IMG/VR virus record: IMGVR_UViG_3300044641_009805
Coordinates: 214,436 to 278,435 of that record
DNA: 64,000 nt
Reading direction: 5' to 3' (one strand)
The notes beneath the pieces were generated by a model. The model worked only from the letters and a program-made list of their open reading frames with translations, was not told the origin of the DNA and ran no database searches. Shown piece after piece: positions 46,234 to 55,221 of the stretch. How positions within the stretch are numbered: the stretch's first letter is position 1; each line of letters begins with the position of its first letter. A program made the translations under genes and the position numbers.

Positions 46234-46842
46234 TTATTTATTGGCTTTTTTTCTGCGAGATTCTTTAAGCCTGTTCACAGTTTCTGAAACGTGAGCTGCT
46301 TCGTCAGGTCTTCTTTTCTTTCTGCCCACTGCTTTCTTTGGGACCTCACTAATTTCTTCAAAGCGAACTTGTTGAGATTGTTCTTCTCTTTGCTTTTCAA
46401 GAAGCTCATTTTCTGCTTTCTTTGCTTCCAACTCTGCTTTTTTTGCCTCTTCTATCATACGCTTGTTGCTGTTCAGCACGTCATGAGTGGTCTTTAACAA
46501 CTTCACGCTAGATTCTAGAGCATTGGCCTCGCCTCTCTTCACATTGTATTGCGCAGTCTTATCGGTTAAAAATTTTTTGATAACATCGTGTGACTTGGAT
46601 GAGATGCTCATTGATGCCTTGACGAACTCTGACGCCAACTTGCCTTCTTTCACGCTTGCTTCAAGTTCTTGTTTGTTCTTTTCCATGAATTCGCTATGAA
46701 CCTTGACAAGTTCAGTCATTGCGGCTACTCCACCGATGGAGATCTTTATCTCTTCCCTTTTTTTCTCAAGGGCATCATCTGTCTTTACTCCTAGGTCCTG
46801 AATGATCGTTAGAGAATGATCCAAATTTTCTGTTTTGCTCAT
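46234..46842 (-). CDS. Coiled-coil hypothetical protein
   Basis: 202 aa charged helical ORF. Confidence 0.75.
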   Translation of the reverse strand: MSKTENLDHSLTIIQDLGVKTDDALEKKREEIKISIGGVAAMTELVKVHSEFMEKNKQELEASVKEGKLASEFVKASMSISSKSHDVIKKFLTDKTAQYNVKRGEANALESSVKLLKTTHDVLNSNKRMIEEAKKAELEAKKAENELLEKQREEQSQQVRFEEISEVPKKAVGRKKRRPDEAAHVSETVNRLKESRRKKANK

Positions 46843-46847
46843 ACCAC

Positions 46848-46855
46848 TAAATATA
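46848..46855 (-). promoter_or_regulatory. TATANTTA box
   Basis: TATATTTA-N5-ATG(46842). Confidence 0.5.
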
Positions 46856-46856
46856 T

Positions 46857-46891
46857 CAAAAAAAATTGGGGACCCCTTTCGAGGTCCCCAA
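46857..46891 (-). terminator. Rho-independent terminator for the 48938-46929 gene
   Basis: Minus strand TTGGGGACC-tcgaaagg-GGTCCCCAA followed by T run. Confidence 0.85.
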
Positions 46892-46928
46892 CGCTCACCT
46901 TATTTTAAATTCAGGGAGCTTGCCGATT

Positions 46929-48938
46929 TCAGGCTGCGCTGCGGATCACGACTGTGATTACGTCGTCAGCCATGAGGCCGCTGGCGATATTGGAGTCGAG
47001 GTCGACAGTTGTCGTTGTGAGACCAGAGAGATCGCGGCTTGGAGAGAGAAGGACGCCGTTGAGGTAAACGTCGACCAACTTGTGTTCTGCTGCCGTGAGT
47101 GTGCCGATCGAGCTGAAGGTGAGTGTGTTACCTGCGACGTTTGCCACGCTGAGGTCACCCTTAGCTGCAGAACCACCACCGATCATGTCGAAGAGTTCGA
47201 CGAGGGCTCCAACAACTGATGTTGCTGTGAACTTGGCGTCGAAGTCGCCCTTCTCGGCGGATGACATGAGGTCGATTTCTTCGGCATTTGCGCCGAGGGT
47301 CAAGGAATCTGCTGCTGCGACCGTGAGTGCTGCTGTTGAGCTGAGTTCTGCACCAGCTGCTGTTGCCACGAATGAACCGCTGAGCGATCCTTCGATGCCA
47401 CCGAGCTTGATCTCAGACATCCACATTGCTGCGAGCTTCGCATTAGCGAATACGTCGCTGTTTCCTGCGTCGACGTCTGCGTCAGAGACTTCCTTTGCGA
47501 GGACGAAGTCACCAGAAGCAGGCTTTGCGCCGAAGGCGAGATCGTCATATGCCTGGTCGCCATGGAGCACAAGGCCACGTGGAGAGAGGTTAGAGTTTCC
47601 GCCTGTGTTGAGGTGGATGAGTGCATCCTTCACCTTGAGGTTCTCGGTGTCGATGTATGTCATCGAGCCCTGGATCGTGAGATCACCTTGGACTGTGACG
47701 TCGCCTGAGAAAGAAGCGCTGACGGCATAGAACATGTCGCCCTTGACTTCCATGTTGTTTGCAACTTCGACGCTGGAGGCGACGCTGTTGATCGACTTGA
47801 ATGTGATCACTGTTGCGTCGGCACCGTCGATGATGTCGTTTCCACCGACCTTGAGGTCTTGTGAGATCTCAAGAGCGCCGGTCACGTAGAGCTTGGATCC
47901 ATCGAACCAGAGGTCTGCCTCGTCCTGGATCTCTCCGCCTGCGCCGACGAGATAGAGGTGCATTGGCTCGTCGCCATCGATCTTGATCTCGTTTGCTGTG
48001 ATGCCTGCGTTGAAGTCAGCAGCTGCATTGTCGACCGTGAGGCCATTAGAGAGCGTTGCTGCCTGTGCAACCGTGAGCGAACCAGAAACGCCGAGGTCAG
48101 AAGCCATGTAGACTGCTGATGCGAAGTCTGCGACGCCTGCTACTTCAAGTGCACCGTTGAGGTCAGAGAGACCTGCAACTTCGAGTGAACCTGCGTCGAG
48201 TGCTCCTGCTACAGATGCAGAACCTGAGACGCCGAGAGCAGCTGCCATATAGACGTCTGCCTTGAAGTCTGCAACGCCGTCGACGTTGAGCGTGCTGTCG
48301 AAGTCGACTGCACCGGTGATGCCCATAGAGCCTGTGACTTCGAGACGATCGCCTGACACCGTGAGGCCATCATTCATTGTTGCAGGTCCTGCAACCGTGA
48401 GTGAACCAGAAACGCCGAGGTCAGAAGCCGCGTAGACTGCTGAAGCGAAGTCTGCCACGCCAGCAACCTCGAGGGCGCCGTTGAGGTCAGAGAGACCTGC
48501 CACTGTGAGCGAGCCGCTGACGCCAAGATCCGAAGCCATGTAGGCTGCAGAAGCGAAGTCAGCTACTCCGGCTACTTCAAGTGCGCCGTTGAGGTCTGCA
48601 AGACCTGCTACAACGAGCGAACCAGAAACGCCGAGATCAGAAGCCATGAAGACTGCTGAATCGAAGTCTGCCACGCCAGCGACGTCCATTGCACCCTGGA
48701 AGCTTGCGCCTGTTCCAGTTACGTGCAATGCAGCGTAGATGTCAGCGAGGTCTTGCGAACCGCTGAGTGCATCGTACCAACGCTCACCACCGATGATCTT
48801 GTTGATCTGCGAGCGGAGTGCGTCGAGGTCGCCTACGAGTGTCTGCTTGTTTGCGAGTTCCCCAGCGCCTGTTCCCATCGTATCGTTAAATGCTAATGAA
48901 CCACTGATCTGTGATTGCTGAACGAATGTTCTTGCCAT
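46929..48938 (-). CDS. Repeat-rich beta-structured virion protein (tail fibre/beta-helix-like)
   Basis: Gly/Ala/Val/Asp-rich with 36 aa repeats; markedly GC-richer than flanks. Confidence 0.75.
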   Translation of the reverse strand: MARTFVQQSQISGSLAFNDTMGTGAGELANKQTLVGDLDALRSQINKIIGGERWYDALSGSQDLADIYAALHVTGTGASFQGAMDVAGVADFDSAVFMASDLGVSGSLVVAGLADLNGALEVAGVADFASAAYMASDLGVSGSLTVAGLSDLNGALEVAGVADFASAVYAASDLGVSGSLTVAGPATMNDGLTVSGDRLEVTGSMGITGAVDFDSTLNVDGVADFKADVYMAAALGVSGSASVAGALDAGSLEVAGLSDLNGALEVAGVADFASAVYMASDLGVSGSLTVAQAATLSNGLTVDNAAADFNAGITANEIKIDGDEPMHLYLVGAGGEIQDEADLWFDGSKLYVTGALEISQDLKVGGNDIIDGADATVITFKSINSVASSVEVANNMEVKGDMFYAVSASFSGDVTVQGDLTIQGSMTYIDTENLKVKDALIHLNTGGNSNLSPRGLVLHGDQAYDDLAFGAKPASGDFVLAKEVSDADVDAGNSDVFANAKLAAMWMSEIKLGGIEGSLSGSFVATAAGAELSSTAALTVAAADSLTLGANAEEIDLMSSAEKGDFDAKFTATSVVGALVELFDMIGGGSAAKGDLSVANVAGNTLTFSSIGTLTAAEHKLVDVYLNGVLLSPSRDLSGLTTTTVDLDSNIASGLMADDVITVVIRSAA
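48048..48695 (-). repeat. Intragenic 108 bp / 36 aa repeats (3 tandem + 1 displaced copy)
   Basis: GALEVAGVADFASAxYMASDLGVSGSLTVAGLSDLN consensus. Confidence 0.9.
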
Positions 48939-48960
48939 AACTTATATCATCCTTTGTTGC

Positions 48961-49022
48961 GGACCCAGCAGGGTCCTTAGTTGTACGTACTTGTCATATG
49001 GGAAGCTCATCTTCCCATATGA
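48961..49022 (-). other. Two hairpins between lysozyme and fibre gene
   Basis: GGACCC-agca-GGGTCC (48961-48976) and TCATATGGGAAG-ctcat-CTTCCCATATGA (48994-49022). Confidence 0.6.
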
Positions 49023-49107
49023 ATATTTATGTTCGCTACTGAATTTTTGCGAAAAATTGATTTTAATTTTTTACAAAATTCCTCATGAATTTTATATTGT
49101 TTGATTT

Positions 49108-49875
49108 TTATCCAACCACCTTTGCAAGCGCAGCTAGCCATGAAGGAGCAATTCCTATCTTTGGGTCCGCGCCTGTCGGTACGTTGTATTTTTTTGAGAA
49201 ATCTTCAATTCCTTTTCTTGTGGCTGGTCCCATAATCCCGTCGATTACTCCTGGATACAAGCCAAGCATTTTCAGCCTGGTTTGAGTATCCATGATTGTT
49301 TCTCTCGTCCACGACACGATTGTTGGTACTTCGTGCGGATCGACAGGAACAAACGGAATTTTGTTGAATAATTCTCCTTCAGCGGTTCGTCTTGCCAAAA
49401 GACCTTTATTCGTTCTCAGTTCGCCACCAATTCTTACTTTACTCCAATCTAATAATCTTTCTGCAACAGCATTGTAATTTCCTGCGTTCAACGCTCTACA
49501 CGCTCCTGAAGTTTTGAAAACGCCTGTACCGCAGTTAAATCCAAACGATACGAGCGCATCAAATTGATTCTGATTGAGAGGAACCCTGATATCTCGATTG
49601 AGCGCTGTTTCCACGTTGACTATGTCTCTTGCAAGGAACTCTAGCGCCTCCTCTCTAGATATCAAAAGTTCTGAATAAGGATGAGATCTATCTTTGGATT
49701 TTAACAACGCCTTAACTTTTTCGTTAGGTATCGTACTAAACGAATCGTGCGGAGTTATTAAATGCCCAATTCCGATAGTCCACAATCCTCCAACGTCCAT
49801 GTACGGTTGTAACACGACGCCTTCCCACCTAGAGATAAATTCCAGACCATTTTTTGAGGTTTTTAGGTTGTTCAT
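49108..49875 (-). CDS. Endolysin: GH24 lysozyme + C-terminal peptidoglycan-binding domain
   Basis: RWEG..PYMD..TIGIGH (E-D-T), NQNQFDALVSF..N, GLLARR; QTRLKMLG..IDGIMGPAT; SD GAGGAGG. Confidence 0.92.
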   Translation of the reverse strand: MNNLKTSKNGLEFISRWEGVVLQPYMDVGGLWTIGIGHLITPHDSFSTIPNEKVKALLKSKDRSHPYSELLISREEALEFLARDIVNVETALNRDIRVPLNQNQFDALVSFGFNCGTGVFKTSGACRALNAGNYNAVAERLLDWSKVRIGGELRTNKGLLARRTAEGELFNKIPFVPVDPHEVPTIVSWTRETIMDTQTRLKMLGLYPGVIDGIMGPATRKGIEDFSKKYNVPTGADPKIGIAPSWLAALAKVVG

Positions 49876-49893
49876 GACAAACCTCCTCAAAAA

Positions 49894-49901
49894 TAACTAT
49901 A
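49894..49901 (-). promoter_or_regulatory. TATANTTA box
   Basis: TATAGTTA-N18(contains GAGGAGG)-ATG(49875). Confidence 0.55.
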
Positions 49902-49928
49902 ATTCACTTGCGAATTTTTGCCGATTTC

Positions 49929-49936
49929 TATATTTA
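49929..49936 (+). promoter_or_regulatory. TATANTTA box
   Basis: TATATTTA-N4-ATG(49941). Confidence 0.4.
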
Positions 49937-49940
49937 TAAT

Positions 49941-50138
49941 ATGGAACTCGGTGACCTCGCCTGGGATTACACCGATGCGTACGAAAACGTAAGCGGTGCT
50001 TCTTCGCTTCTTAACAGGAGCATGGTGATAATTTTGTCTTATCCAAAACCTCCTACGACCTGTAAGTCCGCCAGGGTTCTTACGTTTGAAGGCGTAGTGA
50101 AGAATGTCCCTATTGAATTTCTTTTACCTTTGTGGTGA
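49941..50138 (+). CDS. xGDLV-family small protein
   Basis: MELGDLAW...ARVLTFEG. Confidence 0.65.
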   Translation: MELGDLAWDYTDAYENVSGASSLLNRSMVIILSYPKPPTTCKSARVLTFEGVVKNVPIEFLLPLW

Positions 50139-50146
50139 GATGATTT

Positions 50147-50494
50147 ATGACGCCCCGTAAAAAATGTTCCAACGTGGTTCCAAACACCTTCATAATTTGT
50201 GGAGAAAATGGAAATTATTGTTCTGAAGAGTGTTATAATGAACGACAGAAAAAAATCGATAAAAAAAAATCTAAGTTCAGGTCTGGAGACTTGGCTATCA
50301 TCGCGTATGATCTAGTTCCATATTGGTCTTCTGATACAGGTATAGGACATCCTACCGGTTACTTTTCTTTTGGTGACATAGTGACGACAGTTTTTCTTTC
50401 AAGAAAGTCGGGAGCTAATTATTGGTACGTCACCTCCGCGATTGGCAATGGGTTCGTTTACGAAATAAACATGCTGCACGTTCATGAAATTTGA
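50147..50494 (+). CDS. xGDLV-family protein with N-terminal Cys cluster
   Basis: C..ICGENGNYCSEEC then FRSGDLAII...IGNGF. Confidence 0.65.
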   Translation: MTPRKKCSNVVPNTFIICGENGNYCSEECYNERQKKIDKKKSKFRSGDLAIIAYDLVPYWSSDTGIGHPTGYFSFGDIVTTVFLSRKSGANYWYVTSAIGNGFVYEINMLHVHEI

Positions 50495-50751
50495 ATTGTC
50501 GTCGTGTTATAAATGATCGTGTGACACTATCTAAACGAAATCAAGAAATTGTTCGTCAGGCAGCGAGAGAAGCAGGAGACCACTTAAAAGGTCGTCTTCC
50601 TCCGTGCAAGTTCTTGAAGCAGCGTAATTCTTACGCTCATATTTGGGAAAGGTTAAAGGCGAGGCTTGGCAGATCTTACAAAGATTGCGATGACCTAGAG
50701 CTTGACAAGATTCTTTCCTTGATCGAATACTATCGAAACAACCCTTGTTGA
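50491..50751 (+). CDS. Hypothetical basic protein
   Basis: TTG start overlapping previous stop. Confidence 0.65.
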   Translation: MNCRRVINDRVTLSKRNQEIVRQAAREAGDHLKGRLPPCKFLKQRNSYAHIWERLKARLGRSYKDCDDLELDKILSLIEYYRNNPC

Positions 50752-50761
50752 AGAATAAACC

Positions 50762-51472
50762 ATGGACGCTTTGATCTCAAGAATCGAGAAAACTTTTTCT
50801 AACAAAAAAATTCGACCGACTGAAGAATTGTTGGCTTACGCAAAAGCCTGCGATGAATTTGCCATGCATAAATTAACGGATGATGAGCTTCAATCGGCGC
50901 TATGCGAATACTTGGATATGTCTGCGTTGCGTATCCGCGCATTGTCAGAAGTTCTTGATAGAGCAAAAGAACCTGCGTTGTCAGAGATTGTGACGGAATC
51001 AATCAACATGCTCGTGGATTCTTTCATTAGAAAAATGGGCCTTTGTGAAGAAGGGTTTTCTGTCTCTTCTGAAAAAAATGTAAGGCTTTCTTCAGGAATC
51101 TATCGAAAACCAGATGTCGGCATTTGGAAAAATGACAAACTGAAGTTGATTATCGAATGCAAGACCTCTCTAGGACGTCGAAGAAAAGAATGGCAGGACG
51201 ACTTTGAAAAAAGAGTTGTTGAGTTCTCTTCTGTCGGCTTGCCTGCAACTTCTGTCATGCTATTCGTGGGTACTGACACGACGTGGAAAGGATTTCCTTC
51301 TGGTGATAAAAGAATCAATGAAACGTGGTTCTCTCTTTGTCCTGTTGGCACCTGGTATGGAGGAGGAAAAGCAGGTGAGACCACCATGTCTTCTAAACAA
51401 CATTCAAACGTCGTAAAAAAGTTTAAAACTGCAATTTTTTCTTCCATCGTTGAAAAAAGTGAATTTATGTGA
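50762..51472 (+). CDS. PD-(D/E)xK nuclease-like protein
   Basis: RKPDVGIW...IIECKTSLG. Confidence 0.75.
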   Translation: MDALISRIEKTFSNKKIRPTEELLAYAKACDEFAMHKLTDDELQSALCEYLDMSALRIRALSEVLDRAKEPALSEIVTESINMLVDSFIRKMGLCEEGFSVSSEKNVRLSSGIYRKPDVGIWKNDKLKLIIECKTSLGRRRKEWQDDFEKRVVEFSSVGLPATSVMLFVGTDTTWKGFPSGDKRINETWFSLCPVGTWYGGGKAGETTMSSKQHSNVVKKFKTAIFSSIVEKSEFM

Positions 51473-51491
51473 ATAAATTCTATTTGCTAAA

Positions 51492-51692
51492 ATGAAAAAG
51501 CTCAATCAAGTTCTCGTCGAAAGAGATGAATTAAAAGCAAAGTTGAATAACTTAGTAAATCTGTTAAAAGAAGCGACTGAATCCGTGAATGTAGCTATCA
51601 ACGTGGAGTTAGAATATGCAGACTATGATTCAGTCGAAAAATTGAAGGTTTTGAAAAAAAAGATAGAGCTAGAGGTAAAAAATTGCGAGTAG
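51492..51692 (+). CDS. Hypothetical coiled-coil protein
   Basis: 66 aa ORF. Confidence 0.6.
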   Translation: MKKLNQVLVERDELKAKLNNLVNLLKEATESVNVAINVELEYADYDSVEKLKVLKKKIELEVKNCE

Positions 51693-51913
51693 CCACACCA
51701 GTTCCTTTTATTTTCATCGTAGACAAAGATGGAAATGCAGTCGATATTTTTGCTGCAGATTCAAAACTCGATTACATTCATGATATAGTAAGGATCCTTA
51801 ACAAAAATCAAACTGAAGACGCTCCTCATGTTCCTTGGTTGTATAATGGATCTACCATGGCGCCACTGATCTCTTCAGCACCTCTTACAATCATTAACGA
51901 AACGTTACATTAA
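51683..51913 (+). CDS. Hypothetical protein
   Basis: 76 aa ORF, TTG start. Confidence 0.5.
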   Translation: MRVATPVPFIFIVDKDGNAVDIFAADSKLDYIHDIVRILNKNQTEDAPHVPWLYNGSTMAPLISSAPLTIINETLH

Positions 51914-51968
51914 ATTTAAATAGAAAACAAATTCATGTGATTTATTCAGAGGCAAATAATTAAATTAT

Positions 51969-52217
51969 GTGAATCATGATCCGATTGATATCGGAGATAT
52001 AGTCGTATTCAAAAGCGACAATCCTGCTTTTAAAATGGGATATGTTTTATGGGCAGGTCCAGATTATGAAGAAACTTCGCTAGAAGTGAAATCTATCATG
52101 CGCCCAGGCGATATTATGTTAGTGTTGTACTTCAGCAAAGAACGTAATAACGTTTTTTTAATGTTACATGATGGGACCACCGGATGGTCAAAAACTACAG
52201 TATTAGAAAAGCTTTGA
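51969..52217 (+). CDS. xGDLV-family small protein
   Basis: IDIGDIVVF...HDGTTGW. Confidence 0.7.
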   Translation: MNHDPIDIGDIVVFKSDNPAFKMGYVLWAGPDYEETSLEVKSIMRPGDIMLVLYFSKERNNVFLMLHDGTTGWSKTTVLEKL

Positions 52218-52236
52218 GTAACAGGTGATTGCCGAA

Positions 52237-52476
52237 ATGAAACCTGGAGATCTTGTGATGATAGATCCAATGTGGTTTGGATATGATAATATCCTACCGC
52301 AATGGACAGATTCATTGTTCATCATAATAGACGTTTTCAAAGAAAAAAAGAGAATAGCTGATTACAAGCGAATGATCTGCAAAGTTCTCACACCAGAATG
52401 CACGCTTTGCGAATTTTACGATTATGAATTAGTGCTTGCAGAGACAGAAAATTATAGAAAAAACGTGTTATTATAA
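52237..52476 (+). CDS. xGDLV-family small protein
   Basis: MKPGDLVMI...CKVLTPE. Confidence 0.75.
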   Translation: MKPGDLVMIDPMWFGYDNILPQWTDSLFIIIDVFKEKKRIADYKRMICKVLTPECTLCEFYDYELVLAETENYRKNVLL

Positions 52477-52479
52477 TAC

Positions 52480-52890
52480 ATGAATCGAACACTGATCGTC
52501 ATGACGATTTTGGCTTTCGGATTTTCTGCTTTTTTTAGGAAGCTAGCTGTTGATAAATTGCATCCTTATTACATGCAGATCATTTCAGCAGGCGTTTATC
52601 TTACTATGGCTCCCGTATGGTACAATTTGGCTCCTAAAAATGCGACTATGGATGCTCAGGGAACTTTTTATGCAATAATCACTACATGCGTGCACGTCTG
52701 TGGCGCTGTCATGTTCGGAATGTTACTAAAATCTTCTAATTCAACAGGATCTCTATCGGTCATGGTGTCAGCGGCTCCCATAGTCACTGTCTTGTTGTCT
52801 ATCATCTTCCTTGAAGAAGAATTCCAACTGAAACATTTCGTTGCGACCTTGTTAACCTTGTCTGGTTTGACGCTTTTTAATATGAAGTAA
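52480..52890 (+). CDS. DMT/EamA-like small membrane transporter domain
   Basis: Five hydrophobic helices; SAAPIVTVLLSIIFLEE...LTLSG pattern. Confidence 0.78.
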   Translation: MNRTLIVMTILAFGFSAFFRKLAVDKLHPYYMQIISAGVYLTMAPVWYNLAPKNATMDAQGTFYAIITTCVHVCGAVMFGMLLKSSNSTGSLSVMVSAAPIVTVLLSIIFLEEEFQLKHFVATLLTLSGLTLFNMK

Positions 52891-52910
52891 ATTTGTTTGA
52901 GAATTTTTAC

Positions 52911-52940
52911 GTGCAATTCTCTCGTCGTGGATGATACCAT
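52911..52940 (+). promoter_or_regulatory. GTGNAA-N18-TANNNT promoter, leaderless
   Basis: GTGCAA-N18-TACCAT-N6-ATG(52947). Confidence 0.8.
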
Positions 52941-52946
52941 ACTGAT

Positions 52947-53195
52947 ATGAAGTTCCTCGATGCCTACATTGCAGACATTCCTATGGGTTCCTTGATGTAC
53001 CCAAGTGCGGATGCGCGTAACAATTGCAAGGGTGGAAACTACTACCTCGAGGATCTCATGCGGTTTGTTGGCGATTCAGAGATCTTTCCTGCTGTCGTCA
53101 TCCCAGGAAAGTATGAGACTTTCGTCCAGGTTCTCACACCGACCGGCATCCACACCATGAGCAAATTCTCCATGGTTTCTTACGAGAAAACATGA
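52947..53195 (+). CDS. xGDLV-family-like small protein
   Basis: PMGSLMY...VQVLTPTG. Confidence 0.7.
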   Translation: MKFLDAYIADIPMGSLMYPSADARNNCKGGNYYLEDLMRFVGDSEIFPAVVIPGKYETFVQVLTPTGIHTMSKFSMVSYEKT

Positions 53196-53404
53196 AGGTT
53201 CAAGTTGGAGATCTCGTCACCTACGAATGGGCGACCAACCTTTCATTTCATGGGCTGGTTCTCGGTGTCAAGGATTCGTCTGATTTACACGGCAAACATT
53301 CGATCCTATATTCTTTCGAACTGCTAGAAGAAAACGAAAAAAGATTTTGGTACGATGTATGGGAAGGAGTAGACGAGGGCAAGATCATAGTCCATAATCG
53401 ATAG
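53192..53404 (+). CDS. xGDLV-family small protein
   Basis: MKVQVGDLVTY; ATGA coupling. Confidence 0.75.
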   Translation: MKVQVGDLVTYEWATNLSFHGLVLGVKDSSDLHGKHSILYSFELLEENEKRFWYDVWEGVDEGKIIVHNR

Positions 53405-53408
53405 CGTC

Positions 53409-53603
53409 ATGAATTCTTTTGCGGTAGGTGATCTGGTCACACTCAACATCCACTCATCATGGATCAAGGGTGACTTGTGCCCTATTTTACTCGTCATAGG
53501 ATTCGGTAAGACTGTCAAACTCAGAAAGCCCACTTGCAAGTTGCTCTTACCAGACGGAACGGTAAAGACGTATTTTAGTCGCCACGTGAAAAAATTACTA
53601 TGA
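53409..53603 (+). CDS. xGDLV-family small protein
   Basis: FAVGDLVTL...CKLLLPDG. Confidence 0.75.
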   Translation: MNSFAVGDLVTLNIHSSWIKGDLCPILLVIGFGKTVKLRKPTCKLLLPDGTVKTYFSRHVKKLL

Positions 53604-53788
53604 AACCAGGTGATTTGGTCATAGGTCGTCAGGAGGGTAGAAAAGGAAAACCTCTCACTGGAATACTCCTATACGAATCTCCCCGAACCAACTGGTGGGG
53701 TGACCAACAACACCGATGGTGGTTCGTCCTGTGTCAGGATGGAATGATCGTGGAAGAGACCGAGAACTACATGGACGTCGTCGAATGA
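53600..53788 (+). CDS. xGDLV-family small protein
   Basis: MKPGDLVIG; ATGA coupling. Confidence 0.78.
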   Translation: MKPGDLVIGRQEGRKGKPLTGILLYESPRTNWWGDQQHRWWFVLCQDGMIVEETENYMDVVE

Positions 53789-53979
53789 AGCGATCACCCA
53801 CGACATGGAGGGAACCTCTCCTTCCCGGTGAACTCGTAAAGTTCTCTGATGAACCTCAGGTTTACGTGGTCATTCGAACCTTCTTCTCCGATCGATTCCT
53901 CGACAACATCGTAGAGGTCCTCACACCCGATGGAAAAACACACCAGTTCTACGAGGACTACATGGATCGAGTCAGGTGA
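53785..53979 (+). CDS. xGDLV-family small protein
   Basis: LLPGELVKF...VEVLTPDG; ATGA coupling. Confidence 0.75.
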   Translation: MKRSPTTWREPLLPGELVKFSDEPQVYVVIRTFFSDRFLDNIVEVLTPDGKTHQFYEDYMDRVR

Positions 53980-54065
53980 TCACGTTGTCAATCCAGTATC
54001 GATCTTCAAACATATTTATGATTGTCTGCGAATAATTTTGATTTGTTCGCACAGGAGATTTTTTT

Positions 54066-54869
54066 ATGGCCATTAAATTAACAGGATCCGGTGGGTCCAT
54101 CAAATTAACAGGTACAGGTGGAAGTCTAAAGGTTATTCCGTCAGTCGGCGGTGGAGGGACAATAGACCCAGGTTCTTTTCCCGACCTCGTCGCATGGTAT
54201 AAAGCTGGCTCGTTGGCTTTGAGCAATGGTGCAACTGTTACCAACTGGTCCGATGACTCTCCAAATAACAACGACTTGAACAGTTACGAGAGTGCTCCGA
54301 TATACAACTCATCCGACGCCTTATTGAATGGTATGCCTTCAGTGACCTACGATGGCAATGACTCAAATTATCGATCCAATCCCACAGGACTACCAGTTGG
54401 TTCTTCTGCATGCACAGCATACATTGTAGCATATTGGGATGGTGCATCGGGATGTCAGGGATTGTTCGGCTGGGGTGCAAATGCCTATACAGGAAGTAGA
54501 ATTTCTTTCGGGCAGTGCAATGGACTTTTGCAAGCAGAATCACAAGGCATGGGATCGGTCACACGTAGCATCTCAGCTAACACTCCTTTCATTTATTCTT
54601 TTCCGTATGTTGCGGGTGCAAACTATTCGGCATCCACAACATATCTAAACGGAGTTGGTCTCACAGGCGAAATACCAGGGTTCCCAGGGGTTCCAAATAT
54701 AATCAATCCCGTGTCGGAAATTGCGATTGGACGACCGCCTACGGTAGCTGTCGAACGATGGACCGGTGCTGTTGCAGAGGCTCTTATCTTCAACACGACA
54801 CACGATGCTTCTACTCGTCAAAGCATCGAAAATTATCTAGCGAACAAATATGGAATTACGCTAGCATAA
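54066..54869 (+). CDS. LamG/concanavalin-A-like lectin domain protein with Gly-rich N-terminus
   Basis: AWYKA, NWSDDS, GMPSVTYDG, WTGAVAEALIFN, IENYLANKYG; SD AGGAG. Confidence 0.8.
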   Translation: MAIKLTGSGGSIKLTGTGGSLKVIPSVGGGGTIDPGSFPDLVAWYKAGSLALSNGATVTNWSDDSPNNNDLNSYESAPIYNSSDALLNGMPSVTYDGNDSNYRSNPTGLPVGSSACTAYIVAYWDGASGCQGLFGWGANAYTGSRISFGQCNGLLQAESQGMGSVTRSISANTPFIYSFPYVAGANYSASTTYLNGVGLTGEIPGFPGVPNIINPVSEIAIGRPPTVAVERWTGAVAEALIFNTTHDASTRQSIENYLANKYGITLA

Positions 54870-54895
54870 TTTGCGTATGAATTAATTCAAATTTT

Positions 54896-54927
54896 CGACC
54901 AGGAATTAAACGCTCCCGGTCGTTTTT
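54896..54927 (+). terminator. Putative terminator after LamG gene
   Basis: CGACCAGGA...TCCCGGTCG imperfect stem followed by TTTTT. Confidence 0.5.
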
Positions 54928-54933
54928 CATCCC

Positions 54934-54963
54934 GTGAAATCCCCTCACATCCCATGATATACT
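54934..54963 (+). promoter_or_regulatory. GTGNAA-N18-TANNNT promoter, leaderless
   Basis: GTGAAA-N18-TATACT-N6-ATG(54970). Confidence 0.82.
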
Positions 54964-54969
54964 GATCCC

Positions 54970-55221
54970 ATGGACCTCAGGGTTGGCAACATGGTGACCA
55001 CACCAAGCTACGTGGATCTCTGCACCGATCCATCCCTCTATTATTCCTCCACGATCTTCAGCAGGTATCAGCTCGGAATCGTTGTGGAACTCCTGGAGAC
55101 TCCCGACGCCATCGGCCGAGAGCAGATCACCTATGCAAAGGTTCTCTCCTCCACCGGTCACATTGGTTGGTGTGTGGCCCGTTTCCTTATCCCTGCATCC
55201 CAATATCGTCGAGGATCATGA
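54970..55221 (+). CDS. xGDLV-family small protein
   Basis: LRVGNMV...AKVLSSTGHIGW. Confidence 0.78.
   Translation: MDLRVGNMVTTPSYVDLCTDPSLYYSSTIFSRYQLGIVVELLETPDAIGREQITYAKVLSSTGHIGWCVARFLIPASQYRRGS

Noticed and set aside
47080-47730. 216 aa plus-strand ORF and other alternate frames in 46.9-48.9 kb
   Set aside because: Shadow frames of the GC-rich repeat gene on the minus strand.
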